A stretch of 64,000 bases of DNA from Takakia lepidozioides (lineage: Eukaryota; Plantae; Bryophyta), in NCBI GenBank assembly GCA_030704615.1, contig CM060731.1, positions 54,932,001-54,996,000 of the forward strand. Reading direction: 5' to 3'. How positions within the stretch are numbered: position 1 is the stretch's first letter; the number at the start of each line of letters is the position of its first letter. The position numbers and the translations under genes were made by a program. The notes under the pieces were generated by a model. The model was given only the letters and a program-made list of their open reading frames with translations, searched no databases and was not told the DNA's origin. This document shows, piece after piece, positions 23,811 to 36,516 of the stretch.

Positions 23811-26800
23811 TGTCGGCCAGGTGTCGGCCTCTCCCCCCGAGACGACTTCATCTGGCCGGCCCGGATGGAAAAACGGCGCCGAATTTCCATCCGCGGGATG
23901 TTCTCTGTCGGCCAGGTGTCGGTCTCTCCCCCCGAGACGATTTCATCCGGCCGGCTCGAATGGAAAAATGGCGGCGAATTCCCATCCGGGGGATGTTCTT
24001 TGTCGGCCTTGTGTCGGCCTCTTCCCCCGAAACGACTTCACCCAACGGGCCTGGGATGGAAATTCCACGGCAAATTTCCATCCGGGGGATGTTCTCTGTC
24101 GGCCAGGTGTCGGCCTCTCCCCCCGAGACGACTTCATCAACGGGCCTCGGATGGAAATTCGGCGCTGAATTTCCATCCGAGGGATGTTCTCTGTCGGCCA
24201 GGTGTCGGCCTCTGCCCCGGAAACGACTTCATCCGGCCGGCTCGGATTGACAAACGGCGCCGAATTTCCATCCGGGGGATGATCTCAGTCGGCCAGGGGT
24301 CGGCCTCTCCCCCCGAGACGACTTCATCCAGTGGGCCTCGGATGGAAATTCGGCGCCGTTTTTCCGTCTGGGGGATGTTCTCTGATGGCCAGGTGTCGGC
24401 CTCTCCCCCCGAAACGACTTCATCCAAGGGGCCTCGGATGGAAATTCAACGCCGAATTTCCATCCGGGGGATGATCTCTGTCGGCCAGGTGTCGGCCTCT
24501 CCCTCCAAGACGACTTCATCCAACGGGCCTCGGATGGAAATTCCGAGCCGTTTTTCCATCTGGGGGATGTTCTCTGTCGACCAGGTGTCGGCCTTTCCCC
24601 CCGAGACGACTTCATCCGGCCGGCTTGGATGGAAAAACGGCGCCGAATTTCCATCCGGGGGATGATCTCAGTCGGCCAGGTGTCGGCCTCTCCCCCCGAG
24701 ACGACTTCATCCAACGGGCCTCGGATGGAAATTCGGCGCCGTTTTTCCATCCGAGGGATGTTCTTTGTCGGTCAGGTGTCGGCCTCTCCCCCCGAGATGA
24801 CTTCATCCGGCCGGCTCAAATGGAAAAACGGCGCCGAATTTCCATTCGGGGGATGATCTCAGTCGGCCAGGTGTTGGCCTCTCCCCCCGAGACGACTTCA
24901 TCCAACGGGCCTCGGATGGAAATTCGGCGACGTTTTTTCATCCGGGGGATGTTCTCTGTCGGCCAGGGGTTGGCCTCTGCCCCTGAGACGACTTCATCTG
25001 GCCGGCTCGGATGGAAAAACGGCGCAGAATTTCCATCCGGGGGATGATCTTAGTCGGCTAGGTGTCGGCTTCTCCCCCCGAGACGACTTCATCCAACGGG
25101 CCTCGGATGGAAATTCCGCGCCATTTTTCCATCCGGGGGAAGTTCTCTGTCGGCCAGGTGTCGGCCTCTCCCCCCGAGACGGCTTCATCCGGCCGGATCG
25201 GATGGAAAAACGGCGCCGAATTCCCATCCGGGGGTTGTTGTTTGTCGGCCATGTGTCGGCCTCTCCCCCGAGACGACTTCATCCAAGGGGCCTCGGATGG
25301 AAATTCGGCGCCGAATTTCCATCCGGGGGATGTTCTCTGTCGGCCAGGTGTCGGCCTCTCTCCCCGAGACGACTTCATCCAAGGGGCCTCGGATGGAAAA
25401 TCGGCGCCGTATTTCCGTCCGGGGGATGTTCTCTGTTGGCCAGGTGTCGGCCTTTCCCCCCGAGACGACTTCATCCGGCCGGCTCGGATGGAAAAACGGC
25501 ACCGTTTTTCCGTCCGGGGGATGTTCTCTGTCGGCCAGGTGTCGGCCTCTCCCCCTGAGACGACTTCATCCAACGGGCCTCGGATGGAAATTCGGCGCCG
25601 TTTTTCCGTCCGAGGGATGTTCTTTGTTGGCCAGGTGTCGGCCTCTCCCCCCGAGATGACTTCATCCGGCCGGCTCGGATGGAAAAACGGCGCCGAATTT
25701 CCATCCGGGGGATGATCTCAGTCGGCCAGGTGTCGGCCTCTCCCCCCGAGACGACTTCATCCAACGGGCCTCGGATGGAAATTCGGCGACGTTTTTCCAT
25801 CCGGGGGATGTTCTCTGTCGGCCAGGGGTTGGCCTCTGCCCCTGAGACGACTTCATCCGGCCGGCTCGGATGGAAAAACGGCGCAGAATTTCCATCCGGG
25901 GGATGATCTTAGTCGGCTAGGTGTCGGCTTCTCTCCCCGAGACGACTTCATCCAACGGGCCTCGGATGGAAATTCCGCGCCATTTTTCCATCCGGGGGAT
26001 GTTCTCTGTCGGCCAGGTGTCGGCCTCTCCCCCCGAGACGACTTCATCCGGCCGGCTCGGATGGAAAAACGGCGCCGAATTCCCATCCGGGGGTTGTTGT
26101 TTGTCGGCCATGTGTCGGCCTCTCCCCCCGAGACGACTTCATCCAACGGGCCTCGGATGGAAATTCGGCGCCGAATTTCCATCCGGGGGATGTTCTCTGT
26201 CGGCCAGGTGTCGGCCTCTCCCCCCAAGACGACTTCATCCAAGGGGCCTCGGATGGAAAATCGGCGCCGTATTTCCGTCCGGGGGATGTTCTCTGTTGGC
26301 CAGGTGTCGGCCTTTCCCCCCGAGACGACTTCATCCAACGGGCCTCGGATGGAAATTCGGAGCCGTTTTTCCGTCCGGGGGATGTTCTCTGTCGGCCAGG
26401 TGTCGGCCTCTCCCCCCGAGACGACTTCATCTGGCCGGCTCGGATGGAAAAACGTCGCCGAATTTCCATCCGAGGGATGATCTCAGTCGGCCAGGTGTCG
26501 GCCTCTCCCCCCGAGACGACTTCATCCAACGGGCCTTGGATGGAAATTCCGCGCCGTTTTTCCATCCGGGGGATGTTCTTTGTCGGCCAGGTGTCGGCCT
26601 CTCCCTCCGAGACGACTTCATCCGGCCGGCTCGGATGGAAAAACGGCGCCGAATTTCCATCGGGGGGATGTTCTCTGTCGGCCAGGTGGCGGCCTCAACC
26701 CCGAGACGACTTCATCCGGCCGGCTCGGATAGGAAAACGGTGGCGAATTTCCATCCGGGGGATGATCTCAGTCGGCCAGGTCTCGGCCTCTCCCCCCGAG

Positions 26801-27334
26801 ACGACTTCATCCAACGGGCCTCGGATGGAAATTCAGCGCCGTTTTCCATCCGGGGGATGTTCTCTGTCGGCCAGGTGTCGGCCTCTCCCCCCGGGACGCC
26901 TTCATCCGTCCGGCTCGGATGGAAAAACGGCGCCGTATTCCCATCCGGGGGATGTTCTTTGTCGGCCATGTGTCGGCCTCTCCCCCCGAGACGACTTCAT
27001 CCAACGGGCCTCGGATGGAATTTCGGCGCCGAATTTCCATCAGGGGGATGTTCTCTGTCGGCCAGGTGTCGGCCTCTCCCCCCGAGACGACTTCATCTGG
27101 CCGGCTCGGATGGAAAAACGGCGCCGAATTTCCATCCGGGGGATGATCTCAGTCGGCCAGGTGTCGGCCTCTCGCCCGAGACGACTTCATCCGGCCGGCT
27201 CGGATGGAAAAACGGCTCGGAATTTCCATCCGGGGGATGTTCTCTGTCGGCCAGGTGTCGGCCTTTTCCCCCGAGAGGACTTCATACAACGGGCCTCGTA
27301 TGGAAATTCCGTGCCGTTTTTCCATCCGGGGGAT
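23811..27334. repeat. Tandem array of about 37 monomers of 95-96 bp, each with a 32-bp palindrome
   Basis: Unit tgtcggccaggtgtcggcctctccccccgagacgacttcatcc-N8-cggatggaaa(aa/tt)cggcgccg(aa/tt)tttccatccgggggatgttctc; starts at 23811, 23906, 24001, 24097 and so on. Confidence 0.98.
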
Positions 27335-27561
27335 GAGGCTCCATATCCGCCTCCGTGAGGCCCAAACCTACAATAGCAGCTCTGCCCAACATCAGTGACT
27401 GAGCTCCCGAGTCCAACAAGACCCGCAGTGGCCGGTACCTCTTGCCTGCCGGTCCAGTCAAAGAGAAAATGTCATCCTGGTTGTCTAACAAGACAACTCC
27501 AGGTGTCACCATGGCGCGCTCAAAGGCTGGCTTAGCTGGCAGCTCTGTCAACCTGGCAGCT

Positions 27562-30500
27562 TGTCGCGGCCCTTTGCCTTGAGGGCAGGGGGTCGGGACA
27601 CACGAGGGGCTGCCCCTGTGGTGGGGGCAGTGGCAGCGATAGGTATGGGGGGGCTGAAGCACCCTTGAGTGCCCAAGGCACTCAGGGAAGCGGAGGCGCT
27701 CACTAGGTGGAGCCCGCACACCGGGTTGCGGTGGGGGTGGCTCCACAAGGGGTGGTGGTAGCTTAGCGGGACTTAGTGGGGGTGGCATATGACTCACCAT
27801 GGGGGCGGAGACCTCGTGGTAGGAGTCGTGGGGAGTCTTGGGACTCATCACGGTCCATAGGGGCCGTGGTGAGTGGGCCAAGACTCACCGCGACTCATCA
27901 CCGGGAGTCGAGGGTTTTCGTGGTGGTTCGCCATAAAATGGCATGGCTGGTTGTGAAACCCCCGCGGACAGCTACAGAAGTATATATAAGGGGAGTAGTG
28001 ACCCTGAGAACGGTGCAAGCCCGTTGGTGACCAAAAACTAGTGAGTAAGCGAGCGAGCCGGAAAGCGACCAAAGAGTGGGGAGCTGTTCTGGACTGCCAT
28101 CTACCAAAGGGAATTCCACCAGGCCCAAATAGGTGGAGGGTTTAGTGGGAAGCGAAGGGGGACCGTTATGTCCCGGTGAGCAGCCGAAGCTCCAAGTTGG
28201 CCCGGGGCCAGGTTGGAAGTCAGGCGCGCGCATCAAAGCGAGTAACTATGACTTGAAGGGGAGCTTACCGAAGTGAGGTGCGCGACATTTGGTATCAGAG
28301 CTTAGAGTTCAGTACGCGATCGTCCTTGGGATTGGCCTCATCATGGGGTCGGGCAAGCCAAAGCGAAAGTGGAACGGCCCAAAAGATGATGATCCTGGTG
28401 AGCCCGATGGGGGCGACGTGTCACCGAAGCGGCCGTTTGAGGAAGCGACGCAGGTTTCTGAAAACGAGGCCGCTCAAGAGCGGGAGGAATCCGAGGAGTC
28501 AGAGCCCGAGGAATCCGTGAGAGCTCCAACCGACCAAGAGATGCCTCCCATGCCGGCAGCCTTTTGGGAAGGGTTGTTGGCGCAGTTTGGCGGGACGTTG
28601 AAAGACGTGTTGAAGGCGGCTAATGCCACTTCCACTAAGGCAAAGTTTAAGGTGAAGCCTAAGGAGCCCGACACCTTCGAGGGCGTCCGAAATCGGAAGG
28701 CACTCAACACCTGGCTCCTGGAGCTAGAGCAGTACTTCCGGGCGGCCAAGTTGAGTGACGAGGATCGGGTGGAAGTGGCTCCCACCTATTTGAGGGGCTA
28801 TGCTCAACAATGGTGGCAGAAACGCCTTCACGACCGAGGTCCAAGTCCGGAAACTTTGAACTGGAGTGGGTTCAAGGAATTGATGAAGCGACAGTTTGTG
28901 CCCCTCAACGCGTCATGGCTTGCTCGGGACAAGATGAGGAATTTGAAGCAAACAGATGACATTCGGGGATATGTCCAGGCTTTCAATGTGCTGTTGCTCG
29001 AAGTCGCGGATATGGCGGAACCAGAAATGGTCTTCAACTTTGTGGCGGGTGGCCCCATGGGCCAGGCGGAAGTTGGAGGAGAAGCCACCTAAGACTTTGA
29101 ACGAGGCAATTGAGAGGGCTGAATGTTTTTCAGATGTCCCTAGGGGTGAAAGACAAGGCCGTACGGAGCTGAACCACAAGAAGACCCGGCGGGAAGGTGA
29201 CTCCTTCCGACCGGAAAAGAAGTGGGATAGGCCACGCGGCGACAACATCATGTGGAAATCGAAGGGAGAGCCATCACAAGTCAAGGCGGCACCCGGTGCT
29301 TCGAAAGGAAAAGCGGGTGGAGCGGCCTATGGCGGACAGAAGGCAACCTTTGATGGAGTGTGTTTCAATTGTGGGGAACCCAGGCACATGGCCAAGAAGT
29401 GCACGAAGCCCCCGCAATTGAACATGACTCGGGCGACCACAGAGCTGTCGGAAGATACCATCAGTCGCTTGGTGGAAGCGGTGGTCGCCAGGACTTGCAA
29501 GGTAGGCAAATATTCTTGTGAGTTGTATCAGGAAACTGGCGCATTGCGTAAAGGGAGTCACTTATTGTTCGTGGATGGGACAATATCCGGAACTAACGTG
29601 TCATTGTTGGTGGACACAGGAGTGTCGCACTCCTTCATGACACCGGCAACGGCACAAAAGCTAGGACTCCCGACAACTGACGTAGGGGCCTCTATTGAGG
29701 TGCGTTTTGCCAAAGGAGAACCGCAATTGGCGACAAGGTTGGCGTTCGATGTTCCTCTTCAACTGGGGAGTTGGGAGGGACGCGAAAACTTCACCGTCTG
29801 CGAGATCGATGGAGTGGATCTCATTTTGGGGATGATCTTTTTGAGCAAATCCGGAGCGGTCATAGATGGCCGCAAGAGGGTAGTCACGCTGCCATGTTGG
29901 AATGGTGGCGAGGTCTTACGAGTTTCGGAAACGCCCAAACCCGTGGGAGGGCGAATAAACCTTCTATCAGCAAGGGAGTGGGCCGTGGAGGAGGCACACA
30001 AGCCCCAGTTTTTGCTCTACATTAGAGAAGTGAAGGGAGAAGATGATGGAGAGCCGAGCCCAGATTGGATCAAGGGGATTTCGGAGAAATACCATGATGT
30101 GATGCCGGAGGATTTGCCAAGCGGCTTGCCACCGCGAAGAGGAGTTGACCACAAGATTGAGGTGATACCGGGATCGGAACCGCCTGCCAAGGCGCCCTAT
30201 CGGTTGAGCCACAGAGAGTTGGTCAAGCTGAAGACTCAGCTCAAAGATCTAATGTCAAAGGGGTACATCCGGCCGAGTAAGTCACCTTAAGGAGCCCCGG
30301 TGCTATTCGCAGACAAGAAGGATGGGACGCTGCGGATGTGTGTCGATTACAGGGCTTTGAATAAGGTGACTATTAAAAACCGGTACCCTTTGCCAAGGAT
30401 CGACGACCTTTTCGACCGGTTGGCAGGAACGAAGTATTTCAGCCGGGTCGACTTGCGCTCCGGCTATCATCAAATTCGGGTGGCGGAAGGAGATGAGGAG

Positions 30501-33500
30501 AAGACCGCGTGCAGGACAAGGTATGGTTCATATGAGTTCTTGGTGATGCCTTTTGGGCTCACCAATGCACCTGCAACCTTTAGCACGCTGATGAACAGCC
30601 TTTTTCAGGAGTGGTTGGATGACTTTGTGATCGTGTATATCGACGACATCTTGGTGTACTCGAAAACAAAGGAAGAGCACCTGGAGCACCTCAAAAGGGT
30701 GTTCCAAAAGTTGCGGGAAGGGAAGCTGTACGCCAAAGCTTCAAAGTGCGAATTCGGGGTCACGAAAGTGGAGTTCTTGGGGCATGTGATTACACAGGAT
30801 GGGATCAAAATGGATGACAGAAAGGTGAGGGCGATCTTGGACTGGGAGCCTCTGACTTCGGTCCCGGGAGTGCGATCCTTCCTAGGACTCGCCTCCTATT
30901 ACCGGAAGTATGTGAGAAATTTCGCCAAAATCGCGGGGCCGCTGTCAGACCTTCTGTGTAAATCTAAAGTCTGGGCATGGAACACCTTTTGTGGCCAAGC
31001 TTTTGCTGAATTGAAGCAGCGGATGGCGGAAGCTCCAGTCTTGAAAATCCCGGAGTTCGATCGTCCGTTCGAGATACATACAGATGCGTCGGACTTCGCG
31101 ATTGGGGTGTACTGATGCAAGATGAACGTCCAGTGGCTTACGAAAGTAAGAAACTGAATGAAGTGGAGCGACGGTGGCCGACGCATGAGAAAGAGATGAA
31201 GGCGGTGGTGCACTGTCTTGAGCTTTGGCGCCACTATGTTGGTTCCAACCCAGTGAAGGTGTTCACGGACAATGTCACGGTGAAGTATTTTGCCACGCAG
31301 CCCAAGTTGTCCCCAAAACAACTTAGGTGGCAAGATACTTTGGCGGTGTTCGACGTGGATATCCAGTACAAACCGGGACGAGACAACGTGGTGGCCGATG
31401 CTTTAAGTAGAAAGCAGCAGCTCTTGTTGGTGTACAAGGGCGAGACGGCGCTCCAAATGAAGATCCGAAAGGCTTGCCGGAAGGATGAGCTGGCGAAGTC
31501 CGTGATGCAGGACTTGAGGATGGGGGTTAAGTCGCAGTTCCACTTGCAAAATGGACTGCTCCGGTATAAGCAAAAGCGTCTCTACGTACCGAAGGGAGGG
31601 ATCAGAGATAGCCTCTTGAGAGAATGCCATGATAGCCCGCTTGCGGGCCACGGCGGAGCCACGCGCACTGCGGCACTCTTAAAGAAAGAGTATTTCTGGC
31701 CTAAACTGAGGGAGGAGGCGGAGGAGTATGTCAAGACATGCACCACATGCCAACAAAACCGGATCGAGTACAAAAAGCAAGCGGGGCTGTTACAACCCTT
31801 GCCGATTCCAGAGGGGACTTGGGAAAGCGTCTCGATGGATTTCATGACTGCTATGCCGCTGTCAAAAGGATTCGATGCAATCATGGTGGTGGTGGATAGG
31901 TTCAGTAAAATGGGCCATTTCATCCCCACCAAGGAGACGGCAACGGCGCAGGAGACAGGGCGACTTTACTTTGCCCACGTCTTAAAGCATCATGGAGTCC
32001 CGAAGGATATTGTTTCGAACCGCGATCCAAAGTTTACGAGTAAATTTTGGAGGGCACTTTGGAAGAAGATGGGGACGAGGCTGAAGATGAGCACCGCCTT
32101 CCGACCTACGACCGACGGCCAAACATAAAGGGTGAATTTCGTAGTGAAGCAGATCTTGCGGAATTACGTGTCGACAGACCAAACAGACTGGGTGGAACAC
32201 TTAGACGCGGCAGAGTTCTGTTATATTAACACAGAACACTCCGCAACGGGAGTTTCCCCTTTCGTATTGGTCTATGGAAAAGCACCTCTGGTGCCGACAA
32301 GTTGGGCCGCCCAGGATGTTGAGGAACCCGCAGTAGCGGTGGTACTGGAAGAACGCGAGCGTTTGTTGAAGCTCGCAAAGTACAACATTGCCAAAGCTAG
32401 GAAACGGTATGAAAGGCAGGCAAATCGGAAGCGGAGGGAAGTAAAGTTTGAGGCAGGCATGGAGGTCTGGTTGAACATCAAGAATTTCCGACTACCTCCG
32501 GAAGTGAGTCCGAAGTTCGTACCTCCGTATGCGGGACCCTTTCGCATTCGGAAGGTTATGAATGAGGATGTGTATGAATTGGAGCTGCCGGTAAACAGCA
32601 AGGTGCACCCAGTATTCCATGTCTCCCTTTTGAAGCCTTATTTCAAAGATGAAGCGCGTCCGAATCGGCATCAAGTGTTGCGTCCGCCACCTATGCTGTT
32701 GGATCATGAAAATGAACCTGAGTACGAGGTGGAGGCAATACTTAAGTCGAGGAGGTTCAAGAATCGAGAAACGGAATATCTCGTCAAATGGAAGGGCTAT
32801 CATCATGTGGAGGCATCTTGGGTGCGTGCCTCAGAAATGGGAAACGCATCCGAGGCGGTTGCAGCTTTCGAAGGGCGACCTCAAAAGTGGAAGAAGCGTT
32901 GATGGGGACATCAACCTTGGAGCGTGGGGGAGGAAATGCATGCTTAGCCCGGTTTAGCTAGCTTAGGAATCCGATTGCAAAAACTTGTATTCTACAAAAC
33001 GTGCTATAAATGAAACGGATTCCAAATGTTGTGCGTCCTATTTGTTTGGAATGGTGATGCATGGTATGGTTGGCTAGTGTGTAGAATGCATGCTAGCTTA
33101 TAAAAGTGGGAGAGGTAAATTGGGTTAATCGTGTGTTTGCGTAGTGCCGAAATCGGGTGACCCCCATCCAAGGGGCAAGGAAACTTGCGCCTTCTTTGGG
33201 AGTTCACGTGCTAGTGCGCACCTGGCGCGTGTGCGTACTATAACTGCGCTACCGAGGGGGTTGCCTTGTAGTGTGGGCTAACGCGGAAGCTACGTGCTTC
33301 CGTTCACGTACTATAATGTGTAGCCTCGGGACGAAGTCGTAGTGCGGCTTCGGCGTGTTCCCGTACCTCAGGCCAGCATTCCAAGGCGGACCCAATTGTA
33401 GTGATTGGGGCGCACGGTTGGTTCAAGGTTATCTTCCTAGTCAAAGAGGGTTCCAGGTGAACCCTTGCTCAAGGTGATGCCAAAAGCGGCATCATGAGCG

Positions 33501-34543
33501 GTCACAAGCAATGTTGTTGCAGTAAGGCGATTTGATCCTCGGGGAGGATCGTGTCTGGCCTTGAAGTAGGCCAAGAAGAGTGCACTGGGAGGAGCTGGAG
33601 AGGCTCCACCCTTGGCCGGGACTTGGAGGAAGTCGGCCGAACTAGTTAGTGGAGAGTAGACTCAAGTGTGGGGTTTGGTTCTTTGCCATGGGACGCCATG
33701 GTACGGAAACAAACTCCTTGATGTGGGACGCCACAACTTGGATGTTCGTTTCTACAAAATGGACAAGTCGATGAGGACATCGACTCCCTGTTGGTAGGGG
33801 TGTGTGTCGCGGCCCTTTGCCTTGAGGGCAGGGGGTCGGGACACACGAGGGGCTGCCCCTGTGGTCGGGGCAGCGGCAGCGATAGGTATGGGGGGGCTGA
33901 AGCACCCTTGAGTGCCCAAGGCACTCAGGGAAGCGGAGGCGCTCACTAGGTGGAGCCCCGCACACCGGGTTGCGGTGGCGGTGGCTCCACAAGGGGTGGT
34001 GGTAGCTTAGCGGGACTTAGTGGGGGTGGCATAGGACTCACCATGGGGGCGGAGACCTCGTGGTAGGAGTCGTGGGGAGTCTTGGGACTCATCACGGTCC
34101 ATAGGGGCCGTGGTGAGTGGGCCAAGACTCACCGCGACTCATCCGGGAGTCGAGGGTTTTCATGGTGGTTCGCCATAAAATGGCATGGCTGGTTGTGAAA
34201 CCCCCGCGGACAGCTCAGCCATAAAAAGTAGCTACAGAAGTATAAGGGGAGTAGTGACCCTGAGAACGGTGCAAGCCCGTTGGTGACCAAAAACTAGTGA
34301 GTAAGCGAGCGAGCCGGAAAGCGACCAAAGAGTGGGGAGTTGTTCCAGACTGCCATCTACCAAAGGGAATTCCACCAGGCCCAAATAGGTGGAGGGTTTA
34401 GTGGGAAGCAAAGGGGGACCGTTATGTCCCGGTGAGCAGCCGAAGCTCCAAGTTGGCCCGGGGCCAGGTTGGGAGTCAGGCGCGCGCATCAAAGCGAGTA
34501 ACTATGACTTGAAGGGGAGCTTACCAAAGTGAGGTGCGCGACA
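27562..34543 (+). mobile_element. Structurally complete chromovirus Gypsy element (Galadriel-like) with 5-bp TSD CAGCT
   Basis: LTRs 27562-28287 and 33805-34543 (TGTCGCG...CGCGACA); TSD at 27557-27561 and 34544-34548; PBS TGGTATCAGAGC at 28290. Confidence 0.97.
28342..32902 (+). pseudogene. Chromovirus gag-pol (Gag, PR, RT, RNase H, IN, chromodomain)
   Basis: [81 protein letters not shown]; stops at 30288 and 32126, frameshifts near 29050 and 31108. Confidence 0.95.
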
Positions 34544-34548
34544 CAGCT

Positions 34549-36516
34549 GCAGCTTGCCAGGGCGCAGCCGTGGCAGTCTTGACCCTCAAATCCGCCACTA
34601 CACCTTCCACTAACTCCGGAGAAGATGAAGTGACCTCCCCACTTTCACAGAGTGTTGCTGCTAGTCTGAACACCGCAGCTGGTCTTACCCCCGGCGTCGC
34701 GATCATGGTTGCCGAGAACAGTGGGGCCTGATACACAGAGGTGACTGCCCCCAACAACACACTGGCTGCACTAGCCTTGGCAGTAGGTGTCAGTGCTGCA
34801 CGTGTAGATCTCCCCAATGGCACAATAACGGCCTCAGTATCTGTCGGGCGAGAACTAGGTGCCATGGATGTCGTCGACACTGTCTCCCCCAAGATGAATG
34901 ATTGAGGCAACCTAGCCTGATGGCTTGCCTCCCCACGCTATGGATCTAACTCCACCTCTGCACCTTGTGGCTCAGGAATTTGTGCTGCTCCTCGAATGAC
35001 GGCTGCAGTAGACTCCACCTGCACTAGTGGTAGTGCTGCCCCACACATAAATCCCATGCCTCCCATGTCTCCTCTGTCAGGATGACGCTGCTGAGGAGGA
35101 ACAGGAGGTGGACCCTCAGGTCTTGGAGCTGGTACCACCTGAGCTGTGGCCATGGCAGCAAGCCTTTGTTCTAGTTGCTGAAGCCGGTTGGCCGTGCCTT
35201 GGTCAATGCCCTGACCTCCATGTCCTTGGCCATACTGTGCTTGCCCTTGTCCCACACCTCGTGCCTGACCACCTCGTCCTCGGGCACCATAGTTCCCTTA
35301 GAACTGGCCTTGCCGCAACTCAGGGTGCAAGTCATAACACTGGGCATCTCCATGCCCATACTTGCCACAATACCCACACTGCAACTGTGCAGGCTGTGCT
35401 TGTGCCGGCCTTTTGCCACTCTCTGGGCAATCTTTCTTGACATGAGGTCCTCCACATGTCCAACATATCACCCCTGGTTGCTGTTGGGTTGCAAAAGAAG
35501 CTACTGGCCTCTGCACCTGAGGTCCCCTGTAAGCTCCATGGAACCTTACCAAATCCAATGGTAACAACTCGCTCCTCCACCATGTTGAGCTCAATCCGCT
35601 CAACCAGCAGAAACACATATGCTAATGTGGGTTGGGCCGCTTGTAACATGGTTGCATCTCGCACCCTTCTCCTGAGCTCCTTGTCCAAAATTCCATGCCA
35701 AAACTGGACTGCCTGAGCTTCAGTAACTCCTTGGGTCACACTTATCAAGCGCCTCATACGAGTGTAGGCCTCTCGCAAGCTCTCACTGGATTTGCGCTGG
35801 AAGTCTTGCAAACTTCGCAGCTTCTCTGTCCGTACGCCTTGGTAGTACAACTCTTGGAAGAACTCCACCACCGGGTTGAATCTAGGCACATGTATTGTAG
35901 TCGTGGCAAGAGGAGTAGTAGCACCTTTTGAACTGGTACCACCTGCATAAGTACCGACACTACTCGTTTCACTACTAGTGCTGGCAGTGGGAGATATTGG
36001 TGGTGATGCAACTACTGGTCGCGTCGTGCCTCGAGTAATGGAGACGTAGTCAGGTGACCAATACATCCTCCACTCCTCAATCTCCGCTTCATGTCCTCAC
36101 TTGAACTCGTGGTAATCGTCCATAGGCGGGCCTTCCAAATGCTGGAACAATCCCTTCCACGCCATGAATGGGGTGAACAACTGTGGATTGCGCATCTGCT
36201 GCAAATCACACCATCTATCAAACTCCTGGATAAAGTCATCCAACTCGATTGTGCCCACAGCTCCAGAGTACATGCGAGGCCCCTTGGTAGCTCCATACAT
36301 CTCCTCCATGTCGTCCCACAATAATGGCAAAGAAGACTGCACACCTGTTGATGAAGCCTCCGGGTCTGTGTCAGACTCTACAGTAGTTGAGGGTGGAGGT
36401 GAAGGTGGTCTGAACCGAATACCTCGTCTTGTGAACCCACTCTCACTGTTACTGCCTGTAGCCGTACTCCCCTCAGAATCCTTGGGTAACTCCGTGATGA
36501 CACTCACAACGTGCAC
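34549..36516 (-). pseudogene. gag: Gag of the host Gypsy element, disrupted
   Basis: YSGAVGTIELDDFIQEFDRWC, FQRKSSESLREAYTRM, knuckles CWTCGGPHVKKDC and CGYCGKYGHGDAQC; several stops and frameshifts. Confidence 0.85.

Noticed and set aside
23811-27334. CRISPR array suggested by regularly spaced palindromes
   Set aside because: The sequence between palindromes is itself repeated, there are no unique spacers or cas genes, and the context is eukaryotic.
23760-27398. Long ORFs up to 471 aa across the array
   Set aside because: By-products of a GC-rich, stop-poor ~96-bp repeat, open in several frames on both strands.
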